From Thermoplasmata archaeon (GTDB taxonomy: Archaea > Thermoplasmatota > Thermoplasmata > RBG-16-68-12), in assembly GCA_035557795.1 (NCBI GenBank), contig DATMDM010000166.1, positions 2,735-66,734 on the forward strand: a stretch of DNA of 64,000 bases. Reading direction: 5' to 3'. Positions 1-8,525 of the stretch are shown here, in pieces. The notes under the pieces were generated by a model, which worked only from the letters and a program-made list of their open reading frames with translations, had not been told where the DNA came from and did no database searches. A program made the position numbers and the translations under genes. Numbering within the stretch: the first letter of the stretch is position 1; every line of letters begins with the position of its first letter.

Positions 1-58
1 GGTCACCCGATGGACGACGCGATGAAAGGTTTTTCTCGGTCGCCTCGCATCGCGCCGC

Positions 59-670
59 GTGCTCGTCAAGCGGGGGGCGGAGGCCGAGCTCCGACGGACG
101 GAGTTCCTCGGACGGGCCGCCATCGAGAAGCATCGCGCACCGAAGGCGTATCGTCTCGAGGGACTCGACGATGCCCTGCGCGGGTCTCGCATCCGGTACG
201 AGGCGCGTCTCATGTCGGAAGCCCGAGCGGCCGGAGTCGCGGTGCCGATCCTGTACGACATCAATCTGGTCGAGAACAAGATCATCATGGAGTTCATCGA
301 CGGCCCGACCGCGAAGGACGTCCTCGATCGAGGCGGCCCTGCGGCCATGAAGGTCGCACGGGGAATCGGCCAGGTCGTCGGTCGCCTCCATCGGGCCGGG
401 ATCATCCACGGCGATCTGACGACCTCGAACATGATCGTCCGCGACGGCCGGATCGTGATGATCGACTTCAGCCTGGGTGGAAAGGACGACCGTGTGGAAG
501 CCCGCGGCGTCGACCTCCACCTACTCAAGGAAGGCCTCGGGAGCGCGCACGCACGGGCGGCGTCGTACTATCGGGAGGCGCTCCGAGGGTATCGCGACAC
601 GATGGGGAAAGCGGCCGACGAGGTGATCGCGAAAGTGAAGGAGATCGAGTCGCGAGGTCGGTACACCTGA
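59..670 (+). CDS. bud32: Bud32/PRPK-type serine/threonine kinase, KEOPS complex subunit
   Basis: 203 aa. Atypical small kinase with the catalytic motif IIHGDLTTSNMIV and an N-terminal KRGAEA segment typical of archaeal Bud32. GTG start. Confidence 0.75.
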   Translation: MLVKRGAEAELRRTEFLGRAAIEKHRAPKAYRLEGLDDALRGSRIRYEARLMSEARAAGVAVPILYDINLVENKIIMEFIDGPTAKDVLDRGGPAAMKVARGIGQVVGRLHRAGIIHGDLTTSNMIVRDGRIVMIDFSLGGKDDRVEARGVDLHLLKEGLGSAHARAASYYREALRGYRDTMGKAADEVIAKVKEIESRGRYT

Positions 671-1224
671 TCGCCTTCGTCACGACGAACGAGGGCAAGT
701 TCCGCGAGGTCTCGGCGAAGCTTGGCGAAGCGAATATCAAGCTGGTCCACGAGGATCGTTCCTATCCGGAGATCCAGACAGACCGTCTCGAGAAGGTCGT
801 CCGGTTCGCGGCGACCGTCCTGGACGACCAGATCCGCGGGGACTACCTCATCGATGACTCCGGATTGTTCATCGAAGAGTTCGGCGGCTTCCCGGGCGTG
901 TACTCGTCGTACGTATACAAGCGCCTCGGCTGCGCTGGGATCCTGAAACTGCTCCAAGGGGCCCGAAACCGCGCGGCTCGGTTCGAGACGGTGTTCCTCC
1001 TGCGGACGGCGGACGACCACGAGGTCTTCCACGGGGAATGCCGGGGATCGATTCCGGACCGGGAGCGCGGGAGCGGCGGATTCGGTTTCGATCCGATCTT
1101 CGTCCCGGATGGCGCGACGAAGACGTTCGCGGAGATGACCGTGAGCGAGAAGAACGCGGTATCTCATCGCGCGAAGGCCGTCGAAGCGCTGACCGAACGC
1201 CTCCGGTCGCGGAAGGAACGTTGA
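661..1224 (+). CDS. Non-canonical purine NTP pyrophosphatase (Ham1/RdgB/ITPase family)
   Basis: C-terminal ~188 aa of the 10..1224 frame: IAFVTTNEGKFREV...DDSGLFIEEFGGFPGVYS...SHRAKA is the Ham1 signature. The upstream part of that ORF is GC-frame junk. No ATG, GTG or TTG lies in frame between the Bud32 stop and IAFVTTN, so the start is uncertain. Confidence 0.65.
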   Translation, partial: VHLIAFVTTNEGKFREVSAKLGEANIKLVHEDRSYPEIQTDRLEKVVRFAATVLDDQIRGDYLIDDSGLFIEEFGGFPGVYSSYVYKRLGCAGILKLLQGARNRAARFETVFLLRTADDHEVFHGECRGSIPDRERGSGGFGFDPIFVPDGATKTFAEMTVSEKNAVSHRAKAVEALTERLRSRKER

Positions 1225-1255
1225 TACGTCGTTACGAGTTGCGGCGACGGAGACC

Positions 1256-2224
1256 GTGGTCCGACCCAAAGTCGTCATCACCGGCGGTGCGGGGTTCATC
1301 GGCAGCCACTTCGCGGACGCGCTCGTGGGCGAGGCCGAGGTCGTTGCGATCGATCATCTGAAATCCGGGAAGCGCGCGAACCTCGCGCAGGCCATCAAGG
1401 CGGGGGCGACGCTCGTCAAACGCGATCTCCTCCAGGGCGACTTGCGTCCGATTTTCCGGCGGGCCGATGTCGTCTACCACTTTGCCGCAAACCCGGATGT
1501 CCGCCTGGACCGTCGAGGGACGAAGCCCACGATCGATGAGAACATCGTCGCGACGCATCGAGTCTTGGAAGCGTGCCGGGCGGCCTCGGTCCCGCGCATC
1601 GTGTTCCCCTCCACTTCGACCATCTACGGCGAGGCAAAGGTCGTTCCGACACCGGAGGACTACAGTCCGCTCGAGCCGATCTCCGTGTACGGCGCGTCGA
1701 AGCTCGCGGGCGAGGCGCTCCTTTCCGCGTACGCTCACACGTTCGGCGTTCAGGCGCTCGTCTTCCGTCTCGCCAACGTCGTCGGGCCGAGGAGCGGCCA
1801 TGGTGTGGTCGTCGACCTTGTCCGCAAACTCGCGCGGAATCCCAAACGGCTCGAGATCCTCGGATCCGATCCAGGTACGGCGAAGTCGTATGTCCACCTA
1901 GACGATGTCATGACCGGGATCCGCGCCGGCGAACGGGGCCCGTCGGGACCGTTCTCCGTGTACAATCTGGGGAGTGCGGATGCGATTACGGTGCGAGCCC
2001 TCGCCGACGCGATCTGCGAGGAGCTCGGCCTCGACGGCGTCGAGTACGCGTGGACCGGCGGCGCGGGAGGTGGCCGCGGTTGGACCGGAGACGTGCGGAC
2101 GATGCAACTCGCCGTTGACCGGCTGAAAAGGGCAGGATGGCGGCCGAGGAAGACGAGCGAACAGGCGGTGCGCGCGGCCGCACGGGATGCGTGGACCTCG
2201 ATCCGCGAGCCGCGTGCCACGTAG
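1256..2224 (+). CDS. NAD-dependent epimerase/dehydratase (SDR, UDP-glucose 4-epimerase-like)
   Basis: N-terminal TGGAGFIGSH Rossmann motif and YGASK catalytic motif. 322 aa. Confidence 0.7.
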   Translation: MVRPKVVITGGAGFIGSHFADALVGEAEVVAIDHLKSGKRANLAQAIKAGATLVKRDLLQGDLRPIFRRADVVYHFAANPDVRLDRRGTKPTIDENIVATHRVLEACRAASVPRIVFPSTSTIYGEAKVVPTPEDYSPLEPISVYGASKLAGEALLSAYAHTFGVQALVFRLANVVGPRSGHGVVVDLVRKLARNPKRLEILGSDPGTAKSYVHLDDVMTGIRAGERGPSGPFSVYNLGSADAITVRALADAICEELGLDGVEYAWTGGAGGGRGWTGDVRTMQLAVDRLKRAGWRPRKTSEQAVRAAARDAWTSIREPRAT

Positions 2225-2267
2225 GCGACAACGTATTTATCGCGTGTCCGGGTTCTTCCGCGCATCT

Positions 2268-2362
2268 GGGGCTGTGGGGTAGCTTGGTCTATCCTTCGGG
2301 CTTTGGGACCCCGCATTGGGGCAGAAGAGCCTGCGACGGCAGTTCAAATCTGCCCAGCCCCA
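2268..2362 (+). tRNA. tRNA-Pro(UGG) with a putative 20-nt intron between positions 37 and 38; CCA not encoded
   Basis: Acceptor GGGGCTG/CAGCCCC with discriminator A. T-arm GGCAG-TTCAAAT-CTGCC. Anticodon stem CGGGC/GCCTG is interrupted: loop TTTGGG, then ACCCCGCATTGGGGCAGAAG, then A. Anticodon TGG with G37. The D-arm is slightly irregular (one extra nt). Confidence 0.55.
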
Positions 2363-2364
2363 CT
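2346..2364 (+). repeat. Direct repeat copy 1 (3' end of tRNA-Pro, aaatctgcccagccccact); att-like
   Basis: 18 of 19 nt are identical to 3021..3039. Confidence 0.6.
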
Positions 2365-2371
2365 ACAATTG

Positions 2372-2947
2372 TTATCGCGGCTGATTCTCCCAGACATCTC
2401 CAGACCGCAGGACTGTCCGGATGAGCTCGGCATCCTTGGTTTCGAATGTGAAGAACGCGTCGTGATCGAAACCGATGTACGCCGTGATCAGGTCGAACAG
2501 GGCTGCCCGAAGGGGTTCCGTGCCTGTCGCCTTTTCAACCAAATCCTGGATGCTTTGGAGGCTTAGCCGTTTCTCAGACAAGAGGGCGGCGAACGAGACG
2601 CCAGGCGAAGTCAAGCCGACGTAATCCACCGGCTGGGCACCGCTTTCCGCGATGAAAGCAGCGTATGGCTCGGGGTATTGCGCGATTCTTCCATTGTGTT
2701 CCCCGACTCCGTATCGACTGTCTAGCAGAAGGTGAGAATTCGTGAGCACCTCACTTGGAGGTCTTCCTGATATGAGCAAAAGACATGATGTAAATTCATT
2801 CCGGATGTTTTCGAGGGTTTTCCCCAAAGAGTTCATCTGCCTATCTCGGACGGGTCCGCTATCTCCTGGTTTGAATTCCCCCCATATCGAGTGGATCCCT
2901 CCGGGACTCAACGAATAGCTGTACATAACGAAGGGTTCGAAGTGCAA
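2372..2947 (-). CDS. Hypothetical protein (low-GC orphan ORF between the tRNA-Pro att repeats)
   Basis: 191-aa ORF. Local GC is clearly lower (about 2560-3000) than the flanks. No recognisable motif. Confidence 0.4.
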   Translation of the reverse strand: MHFEPFVMYSYSLSPGGIHSIWGEFKPGDSGPVRDRQMNSLGKTLENIRNEFTSCLLLISGRPPSEVLTNSHLLLDSRYGVGEHNGRIAQYPEPYAAFIAESGAQPVDYVGLTSPGVSFAALLSEKRLSLQSIQDLVEKATGTEPLRAALFDLITAYIGFDHDAFFTFETKDAELIRTVLRSGDVWENQPR

Positions 2948-3020
2948 TCGCGGTCATCCCCGAATTCGTATCTTCCGGAATAAGGATTATCCCTTGGGAA
3001 GCGATCAAGTAGTAAATTCC

Positions 3021-3039
3021 AAGTCTGCCCAGCCCCACT
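3021..3039 (+). repeat. Direct repeat copy 2 of the tRNA-Pro 3' end (aagtctgcccagccccact); att-like
   Basis: Matches 2346..2364. Brackets the 2372..2947 ORF. Confidence 0.6.
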
Positions 3040-3082
3040 CCACGCGGCCTACCGGGAAATCGGATGCGGCGGAGGGAAGTCC

Positions 3083-3556
3083 ATGGCACGGAAACCCACG
3101 ACGGCAGAGCGGAGATGGCATCGGAAGATGGCCGCGGGGCTGTTCAATGAGGTCTGGCGGCTCTTGGAGAAGAAGCGCACGCCCGCCGAAGACGACCGGA
3201 TGATCCACGCGGCGCATGCGTCTCGCTACCATTGGGGTGAGGTCGGGACCGCCGTGAATCGCGCGATCGGAGAGTGGCAGGTGTCTCACGTCTACGCGAT
3301 CCTCGGTCGCCCGGAGCCTGCGACGTATCACGCAGTCCGCTCCCTCGCGATGTGCAAGGAAAACGGCATCAATGATTTCCCGCTCGCCTTCGCCTACGAA
3401 GCCTTGGCACGCGCCGACGCGGTCGCGGGGCGGAAGCGAGACCTCCGGCGGCATCTGGCCCTCGCGCGAGAGGTTGGCTCGAGGATCAAGGACAAGGAGG
3501 ACCGCGACCTTCTGTTCCGAGACCTCAAGTCGATTCGACCCGGTCTGAGCCGTTGA
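3083..3556 (+). CDS. Hypothetical protein
   Basis: 157-aa ORF with normal codon usage. No motif recognised. Confidence 0.35.
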   Translation: MARKPTTAERRWHRKMAAGLFNEVWRLLEKKRTPAEDDRMIHAAHASRYHWGEVGTAVNRAIGEWQVSHVYAILGRPEPATYHAVRSLAMCKENGINDFPLAFAYEALARADAVAGRKRDLRRHLALAREVGSRIKDKEDRDLLFRDLKSIRPGLSR

Positions 3557-4238
3557 GTTCCGCATTCCGTTTCGGCCCGAGTCGGGCCTCGTCGACGCGC
3601 CACACCCCCGCCGTGCCTCTCCAATCCAGCGTCGCACGCACGATCTCGATCGCGCGCTCGAAGGGAGGGGCGTCGAGGACGAGCGTCTCGAACTCCCCGC
3701 CCTCCCCGCATGGGTGGACGCCTCGGGTCTCCTGCATCCGGAGGAGATCCCGGATGACGCGATCGTCCCATCGCTTTCCGAGCCAGCCCGCATCGAGGCC
3801 TTCCGCCGACACGCTGGAAAAGGCGATGTCGAAGCCCGCCTCCAGATAATCGTACACGAGTCGCCTCGGGTCGCGGCGCCACAGCGGTGCGAAGACGCGG
3901 AGTCCGACCTCGTCGGCGATCCGATTCACCCGGGCGTGCTGGTAGTCCGACGCGATGGCCCCGACGATCACGCCATCCACGTCGATCCGGCGGAAGATCC
4001 GTCGCAACGCGTCGAGCTCGCCGTCCTCTCCCCTCGCGGCGGTCTCGTGGATCAGGGGGATTCGCATCGCCTCCGCCTGGAGCGGCGTGAGGTGCAGGTT
4101 CGGCGTGTGGAAAAGCATCGAGTCGCGGTCCTCCGGCAGGATCGAGAGCAGAAGCGTCACCTCCCAACCCCGTTGCATCGCGACGTAGGTCGCGTAGGTG
4201 GAGTCCTTGCCTCCGGAGAACAGGCTGGCCACGCGCAC
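3525..4238 (-). CDS. PP-loop ATPase, MJ0570/Dph6-like (diphthine-ammonia ligase family)
   Basis: N-terminal MRVASLFSGGKDSTYA (SGGxDS PP-loop) and the overall 237-aa architecture match the archaeal Dph6/ATPBD4 family. Confidence 0.6.
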   Translation of the reverse strand: MRVASLFSGGKDSTYATYVAMQRGWEVTLLLSILPEDRDSMLFHTPNLHLTPLQAEAMRIPLIHETAARGEDGELDALRRIFRRIDVDGVIVGAIASDYQHARVNRIADEVGLRVFAPLWRRDPRRLVYDYLEAGFDIAFSSVSAEGLDAGWLGKRWDDRVIRDLLRMQETRGVHPCGEGGEFETLVLDAPPFERAIEIVRATLDWRGTAGVWRVDEARLGPKRNAELNGSDRVEST

Positions 4239-4278
4239 GCGAGTCGGAGGGCCATGGAGGGGAAAAGGCTTCGGGACC

Positions 4279-4300
4279 CGATGTTAACCTTGTTTAAGGT
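4279..4300. promoter_or_regulatory. Palindromic motif GTTAACCTTgtttAAGGTTAAC in a divergent intergenic region; copy 1 of 2 in the window
   Basis: 9-bp inverted arms with a 4-nt spacer. 19 nt are identical to 46845..46863. Lies ~57-78 bp upstream of the 4357 ATG. Confidence 0.45.
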
Positions 4301-4356
4301 TAACCTAGACGCCGATCGTCGCGAACCATTTATGGCCCTCTCGCGGATTCCACCGC

Positions 4357-5064
4357 GTGCGCCTCGACGAGATGACCTCTGAGGAGTTCGCGGCGATCGC
4401 GAAGAAGGATCCCGTGGTCATCATCCCGGTCGGCGCGCTCGAGGAACACGGTCGGCACCTCCCCCTCGGCGCAGATGTGATTCAACCGCTTCACGTGGTC
4501 GACGAGGTCGCGCGGCGCACCCACGCCTACATCGCCCCCCCGATTCCGTACGGGGTCTGCACGACGACGCGGCCGTATCCGGGGACCGTCAGCGTCTCCG
4601 TCGACGCGCTCAAGGCCTTCGTGCGGGATATCCTCGCCGATTTCGTCCGCAACGGTGTGCGACGCGTGATGATCTTGAGCGGTCACGCCGGGCGAGAGCA
4701 CATGATGGCGTTGCGGGCGGCCGCGCAAGAGGTCGTCGACGAAGGGACCGGACTCAAGGCGACCGTCCTGTCGGACTACGACATCATCTACGCCTCGCAG
4801 GGCCTCCTACCGGAGGGCGACGGCCACGCGGGCGCGGGGGAGACGTCCCGGATCCTGACGGCGCGGCCTGATCTCGTGAAGGGCACGAGTCCGGCCGGGA
4901 AGAACGAGATTCCTCCATACGCGGTCGTCGACGACCCGCGGAAGTACTGGTCCGGCGTCACCGGGGATCCGTCGAAAGCCTCGAAGGCTTTGGGACAGAA
5001 GCTCGATGATCTCGTCATCGGGGAGCTCGTGAAGCTCGTCGAGGAACTGCGCCGGAGGGCCTGA
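4357..5064 (+). CDS. Creatininase-family amidohydrolase (ArfB-like)
   Basis: 235 aa. GALEEHGRHLPLG...SGHAG motifs of creatinine amidohydrolase and archaeal ArfB deformylase. Confidence 0.6.
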   Translation: MRLDEMTSEEFAAIAKKDPVVIIPVGALEEHGRHLPLGADVIQPLHVVDEVARRTHAYIAPPIPYGVCTTTRPYPGTVSVSVDALKAFVRDILADFVRNGVRRVMILSGHAGREHMMALRAAAQEVVDEGTGLKATVLSDYDIIYASQGLLPEGDGHAGAGETSRILTARPDLVKGTSPAGKNEIPPYAVVDDPRKYWSGVTGDPSKASKALGQKLDDLVIGELVKLVEELRRRA

Positions 5065-5065
5065 C

Positions 5066-5758
5066 ATGGCATCCCGAGACGAGTTGAAGCGGAACGCCGC
5101 GGAGGCCGCGTTGGCGTATGTCAAGCCAGGAATGGTCCTCGGTCTCGGCACCGGATCGACGGCGCGGCACTTCCTCGCGGGCGTCGCCCGGCTCGTGGCC
5201 GGCGGCATGGACATCAAGGGTGTGCCGACGTCTCTCGCGACTGCGGAGGAGGCGAAGCGGCTCGGGATTCCGCTGACCTCCCTCGAGGAGAGCTTCTGGC
5301 TCGACCTGACCGTGGACGGCGCCGACGAGGTCGACCCCAAGCTCGACCTGATCAAAGGCATGGGCGGCGCCCTGTTCCGCGAGAAGATCGTGGCCGCGGC
5401 GTCGAAGAAGTTCGTCGTGATCATCGACGACTCGAAGCTCGTCCGTCGCCTCGGCACGAAGACGCCGTTGCCCGTCGAGGTCCATCCGTTCGGCTGGAAG
5501 AACGCGGCCGCGGCGCTCGAGGCGCTCGGCGCCAAGATCGAATTGCGGAAGAACGGCGAGGAGCCATTCCGAACCGACAACGGGAACCACATCCTCGATG
5601 CCCACTTCGGCGCGATCCGGGGGCCCGCGAAACTCGCGGGCCGGATCTCGAGCATCCCCGGCGTCGTCGGCCACGGACTGTTCCTGAAGATGGCCCACGC
5701 CGTGCTGGTGGCGTCCCAGATGGGCGTCCGCACGCTCGAGCCTACGCGAACGACTTGA
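5066..5758 (+). CDS. rpiA: Ribose-5-phosphate isomerase A
   Basis: LGLGTGSTA and DGADEVD motifs. 230 aa. Confidence 0.85.
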   Translation: MASRDELKRNAAEAALAYVKPGMVLGLGTGSTARHFLAGVARLVAGGMDIKGVPTSLATAEEAKRLGIPLTSLEESFWLDLTVDGADEVDPKLDLIKGMGGALFREKIVAAASKKFVVIIDDSKLVRRLGTKTPLPVEVHPFGWKNAAAALEALGAKIELRKNGEEPFRTDNGNHILDAHFGAIRGPAKLAGRISSIPGVVGHGLFLKMAHAVLVASQMGVRTLEPTRTT

Positions 5759-6065
5759 GCTTCTTGCGGTTCGCCTCGATCCGATCGATCTTCGCCTGTT
5801 CTTCCCGGTCGATTTGGGCGAGGATGTCCGCCCACGGGACACTGAGCCGGTACGAATGGACGGGCCGGCCTTTGCCTTCCTTCTTGATGTCCCTCTTGTC
5901 GACCCACTTCCGCCGCCGGAGTTCCTGCATCGCGATGCTGACTTCCGGTTGACGCAGGCCCGTGGCCTTCTCGATCTCCACCGACGTCGTCTCGTCGCGC
6001 TTCGAAAGGAATACGAGGGTCTTCGCGATGTTCCTCGACAAGCCGGTCTCGATCAGCAGGTCCAC
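5742..6065 (-). CDS. Winged-HTH transcriptional regulator
   Basis: 107 aa. The NIAKTLVFL...[29 protein letters not shown] segment looks like a wHTH domain. Confidence 0.5.
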   Translation of the reverse strand: MDLLIETGLSRNIAKTLVFLSKRDETTSVEIEKATGLRQPEVSIAMQELRRRKWVDKRDIKKEGKGRPVHSYRLSVPWADILAQIDREEQAKIDRIEANRKKLKSFA

Positions 6066-6120
6066 CAGCGTTTCGTCCCTCCGACTGAGGCGGACCTCCC
6101 GGCTCGTTGGAATTCCCCGC

Positions 6121-6165
6121 CATTTATTAATTTAGCAATATATATTTGTTGCGATGCAACTGGTG
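6121..6165. promoter_or_regulatory. AT-rich divergent promoter region with TATA-like elements (catttattaatttagcaatatatatttg)
   Basis: The only strongly AT-rich stretch locally. Sits between the wHTH regulator (minus) and L44e (plus). Confidence 0.35.
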
Positions 6166-6318
6166 AACTCTCGTCGCGGAGCGTAGGATCGTGGTGTTCT
6201 GGGACCGCGATGGACCGATTCTCGCCGGCCGACGAAGCCGTTTCGCGGAGATGGACTCGGCGACCCAGGAACCCTCAAATAGCAGTTCTCCTCTGTATCG
6301 ATGCTCGGTCGCCCCTCC

Positions 6319-6606
6319 ATGAAGATGCCCCAGCGTATCCGCGGTTACTGTCCGTTCTGCAACAAGCACGTCGAGCTCGAGGTCGAGCGGGTGAAGAACC
6401 GCCCGCGGTCCGAGCTCCGGGCGGGCCAGCGGCGGTTCCGGCGGGTCACGGCCGGGTACGGCGGCTTCCCCCGTCCGAAGCCCGAGGGTCGCGAGAAGCC
6501 GACGAAGAAGATCCATCTCCGCTTCCGCTGCCGGGAATGCAAGAAGGCCCACCAGCGGCCGGGAATCCGCGCGAAGAAGTTCGAGCTCGTGGAGGTGCAC
6601 AAGTGA
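6319..6606 (+). CDS. rpl44e: 50S ribosomal protein L44e (eL42)
   Basis: CPFCNKHV...RCRECKK zinc-ribbon. Starts at an internal M ([10 protein letters not shown]) of the listed ORF. Confidence 0.85.
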   Translation: MKMPQRIRGYCPFCNKHVELEVERVKNRPRSELRAGQRRFRRVTAGYGGFPRPKPEGREKPTKKIHLRFRCRECKKAHQRPGIRAKKFELVEVHK

Positions 6607-6782
6607 TCCCGAAGCCCACGAGTCGGTTCCTCCGGGTCAAGTGCGAGGATTGCGGCAACGAGCAGATCGTCTTCGACCGCGCCGCGAGCATCGTGTTGTG
6701 CCAAGTCTGCGGCGCCACGGTCGCGAAGCCGACGGGCGGGAAGGCCGTGGTCCGAGGCGAGATCCTGGGGGTCCTCGAGTAA
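6603..6782 (+). CDS. rps27e: 30S ribosomal protein S27e
   Basis: [16 protein letters not shown]...CQVCG C4 zinc finger. GTG start overlaps the L44e stop (GTGA). Confidence 0.85.
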   Translation: MIPKPTSRFLRVKCEDCGNEQIVFDRAASIVLCQVCGATVAKPTGGKAVVRGEILGVLE

Positions 6783-7582
6783 TGGCCGAAGCGAAGACGG
6801 CCCGGCAAGCGTACGAGTGGCCCGACGAGGGCGAACTCGTCGTCTGCACCGTCGCGAACGTGAAGAACTTCGGGGCCTTCGTCACCCTGGACGAGTACGA
6901 GAACAAGGAAGGCTTCATCCACATCGCCGAGGTCAGCTCGGGCTGGATCAAGTACATCCGAGACTACGTGCGCGAGGGCCAGAAGGTCGTCTGCAAGGTC
7001 CTAAAGGTCGACCAGGACAAAGGCCACATCGACCTCTCGCTCAAGGCGGTCAACGAGCACCAGCGCCGCGAGAAGATCCAGGAATGGAAGAACGAGCAGA
7101 AGGCGGAGAACCTCCTGGGCATCGTCGCGACGCGCCTCGGCAAGACGGTGGAAGTGTGCTGGGAGGAATTCGGGTACGCCCTCCTCGACTCGTTTGGCTC
7201 GCTCTATCGCGCGTTCGAAGAGAGCGTGATGGACGAGCACGCCCTCGAGGATGAGGGCTTCAAAGGACCCTGGGTGAAGACGTTCGTCGAGGTCGCCCGG
7301 GAGAACATCGTCCCGCCGCACGTCACGATCGACGGCTACGTCGAGGCGATGGACTTCTGTCCCGACGGCGCCGTGCACATCCGCGAGGCGCTCACGAAAG
7401 CCGTCCAGGAGAACGACGGCATCACGGTCAAGGTGCAGTACATCGGGGCGCCACGCTATCGGATCGTCGTGCGCGCGCCGGACTACAAGACCGCGGAAGA
7501 GGAGATCGAGAAGGCGGCGAATCGCGTCATCAAGGCGCTGACCGCGAAGGGCGGCGAAGCGAAGTTCCATCGGAAGGACTGA
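6782..7582 (+). CDS. eif2a: Translation initiation factor 2 subunit alpha (aIF2-alpha)
   Basis: S1 domain (GELVVCTVANVKNFGAFVTLDEY) plus helical and C-terminal domains. The ATG overlaps the S27e stop (TAATG). Confidence 0.85.
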   Translation: MAEAKTARQAYEWPDEGELVVCTVANVKNFGAFVTLDEYENKEGFIHIAEVSSGWIKYIRDYVREGQKVVCKVLKVDQDKGHIDLSLKAVNEHQRREKIQEWKNEQKAENLLGIVATRLGKTVEVCWEEFGYALLDSFGSLYRAFEESVMDEHALEDEGFKGPWVKTFVEVARENIVPPHVTIDGYVEAMDFCPDGAVHIREALTKAVQENDGITVKVQYIGAPRYRIVVRAPDYKTAEEEIEKAANRVIKALTAKGGEAKFHRKD

Positions 7583-7586
7583 GGCG

Positions 7587-7757
7587 ATGCGATCCGTCCT
7601 GAAGAAGTGCGGAGCCTGCGGTCGGTATACCCTCAAGGACGTGTGCCCGGCGTGCGGCCACGCCGCCGGAAATCCGATGCCGCCCCGGTACTCCCCGGAG
7701 GACCGCTACGGCGCGTACAGGCGCAAACTTAAGCGGGCCCATCAATTGGAGAGATGA
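7587..7757 (+). CDS. nop10: H/ACA RNP protein Nop10
   Basis: 56 aa, MRSVLKKCGACGRYTLKDVCPACGHAAGNPMPPRYSPEDRY. Not in the ORF track as a separate call. Coordinates were worked out by hand. Confidence 0.8.
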   Translation: MRSVLKKCGACGRYTLKDVCPACGHAAGNPMPPRYSPEDRYGAYRRKLKRAHQLER

Positions 7758-7763
7758 GACACC

Positions 7764-8525
7764 ATGGACAACATCGTGATCCGGTACCTCGACCATCCGA
7801 AGCTGGAAGACCCGATCTTCATCGAAGGCCTCCCCGGCATCGGGAACGTCGGCAAGCTCGCCGCGGAGCATCTGAAGGACGAGCTGAAGGGCGTCAAGTT
7901 CGCGGAGATCTTCTCGAAGTACTTCCCGCCGCAGGTCCTCGTCCAGGACGACGGCCAGGTGAAGCTCGTGAACAACGAGATGCACTATGTCAAGCGGAAC
8001 AACGGGACGGACTTGATTCTCCTCACGGGGGACTACCAAGGGCTCACGCCGGAAGGGCAGTACGAGCTGAGCGACTTCATCTTGAAGGAGCTGAAGAAGC
8101 TCGGCGTGCGCCGCGTCTTCACCCTCGGCGGGTATGGGATGGGCCGCATGGTGACGAAGCCGCGGGTCCTTGGGGCCGCGACGGGCCTGGAGCTCGTGAA
8201 GGAGATGGAGAAGTACGGCGTCGTGTTCTCGCGGGGCGAGCCGGGCGCCGGGATCGTGGGGGCGAGCGGCCTGCTGCTGGGCCTCGGCCGACTATACGAC
8301 ATGAACGCGGTCTGCCTCATGGGCGAGACGTCCGGATATTTCGTCGATCCAAAGTCCGCGCAAGCGGTCCTTGAAGTCCTGACGAAGTATCTCGGGATCG
8401 AGATTTCGTTCAATGAGCTGGAGACGAAGGCGAAGCAGATCGACCAGATCACGTCGAAGCTGAAGGACATCGAGGCTGCGCCGGAGACGCCGGACAAGCG
8501 CGAAGACCTCGGGTACATTGGCTGA
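7764..8525 (+). CDS. PAC2-family protein (proteasome assembly chaperone homologue)
   Basis: 253 aa. GLPGIGNVGKLAAE...LGGYGMG architecture as in archaeal PbaA/PbaB. Confidence 0.55.
   Translation: MDNIVIRYLDHPKLEDPIFIEGLPGIGNVGKLAAEHLKDELKGVKFAEIFSKYFPPQVLVQDDGQVKLVNNEMHYVKRNNGTDLILLTGDYQGLTPEGQYELSDFILKELKKLGVRRVFTLGGYGMGRMVTKPRVLGAATGLELVKEMEKYGVVFSRGEPGAGIVGASGLLLGLGRLYDMNAVCLMGETSGYFVDPKSAQAVLEVLTKYLGIEISFNELETKAKQIDQITSKLKDIEAAPETPDKREDLGYIG

Noticed and set aside
10-1224. 404-aa ORF spanning the Bud32 region in another frame
   Set aside because: Only its last ~188 aa (Ham1) look like protein. The N-terminal 215 aa are Arg/Gly/Pro-rich GC-frame shadow of Bud32.
3005-4238. Long minus-strand ORFs 3005..3793 and 3394..4167 and plus-strand ORFs 3714..4382 and 3887..4090
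   Set aside because: R/G/P-rich low-complexity translations overlapping the real genes 3083..3556 and 3525..4238. Typical high-GC spurious ORFs.
4807-6123. 438-aa and 275-aa minus-strand ORFs covering rpiA and the creatininase gene
   Set aside because: Antisense shadows with low-complexity composition. The plus-strand genes have clear family signatures.
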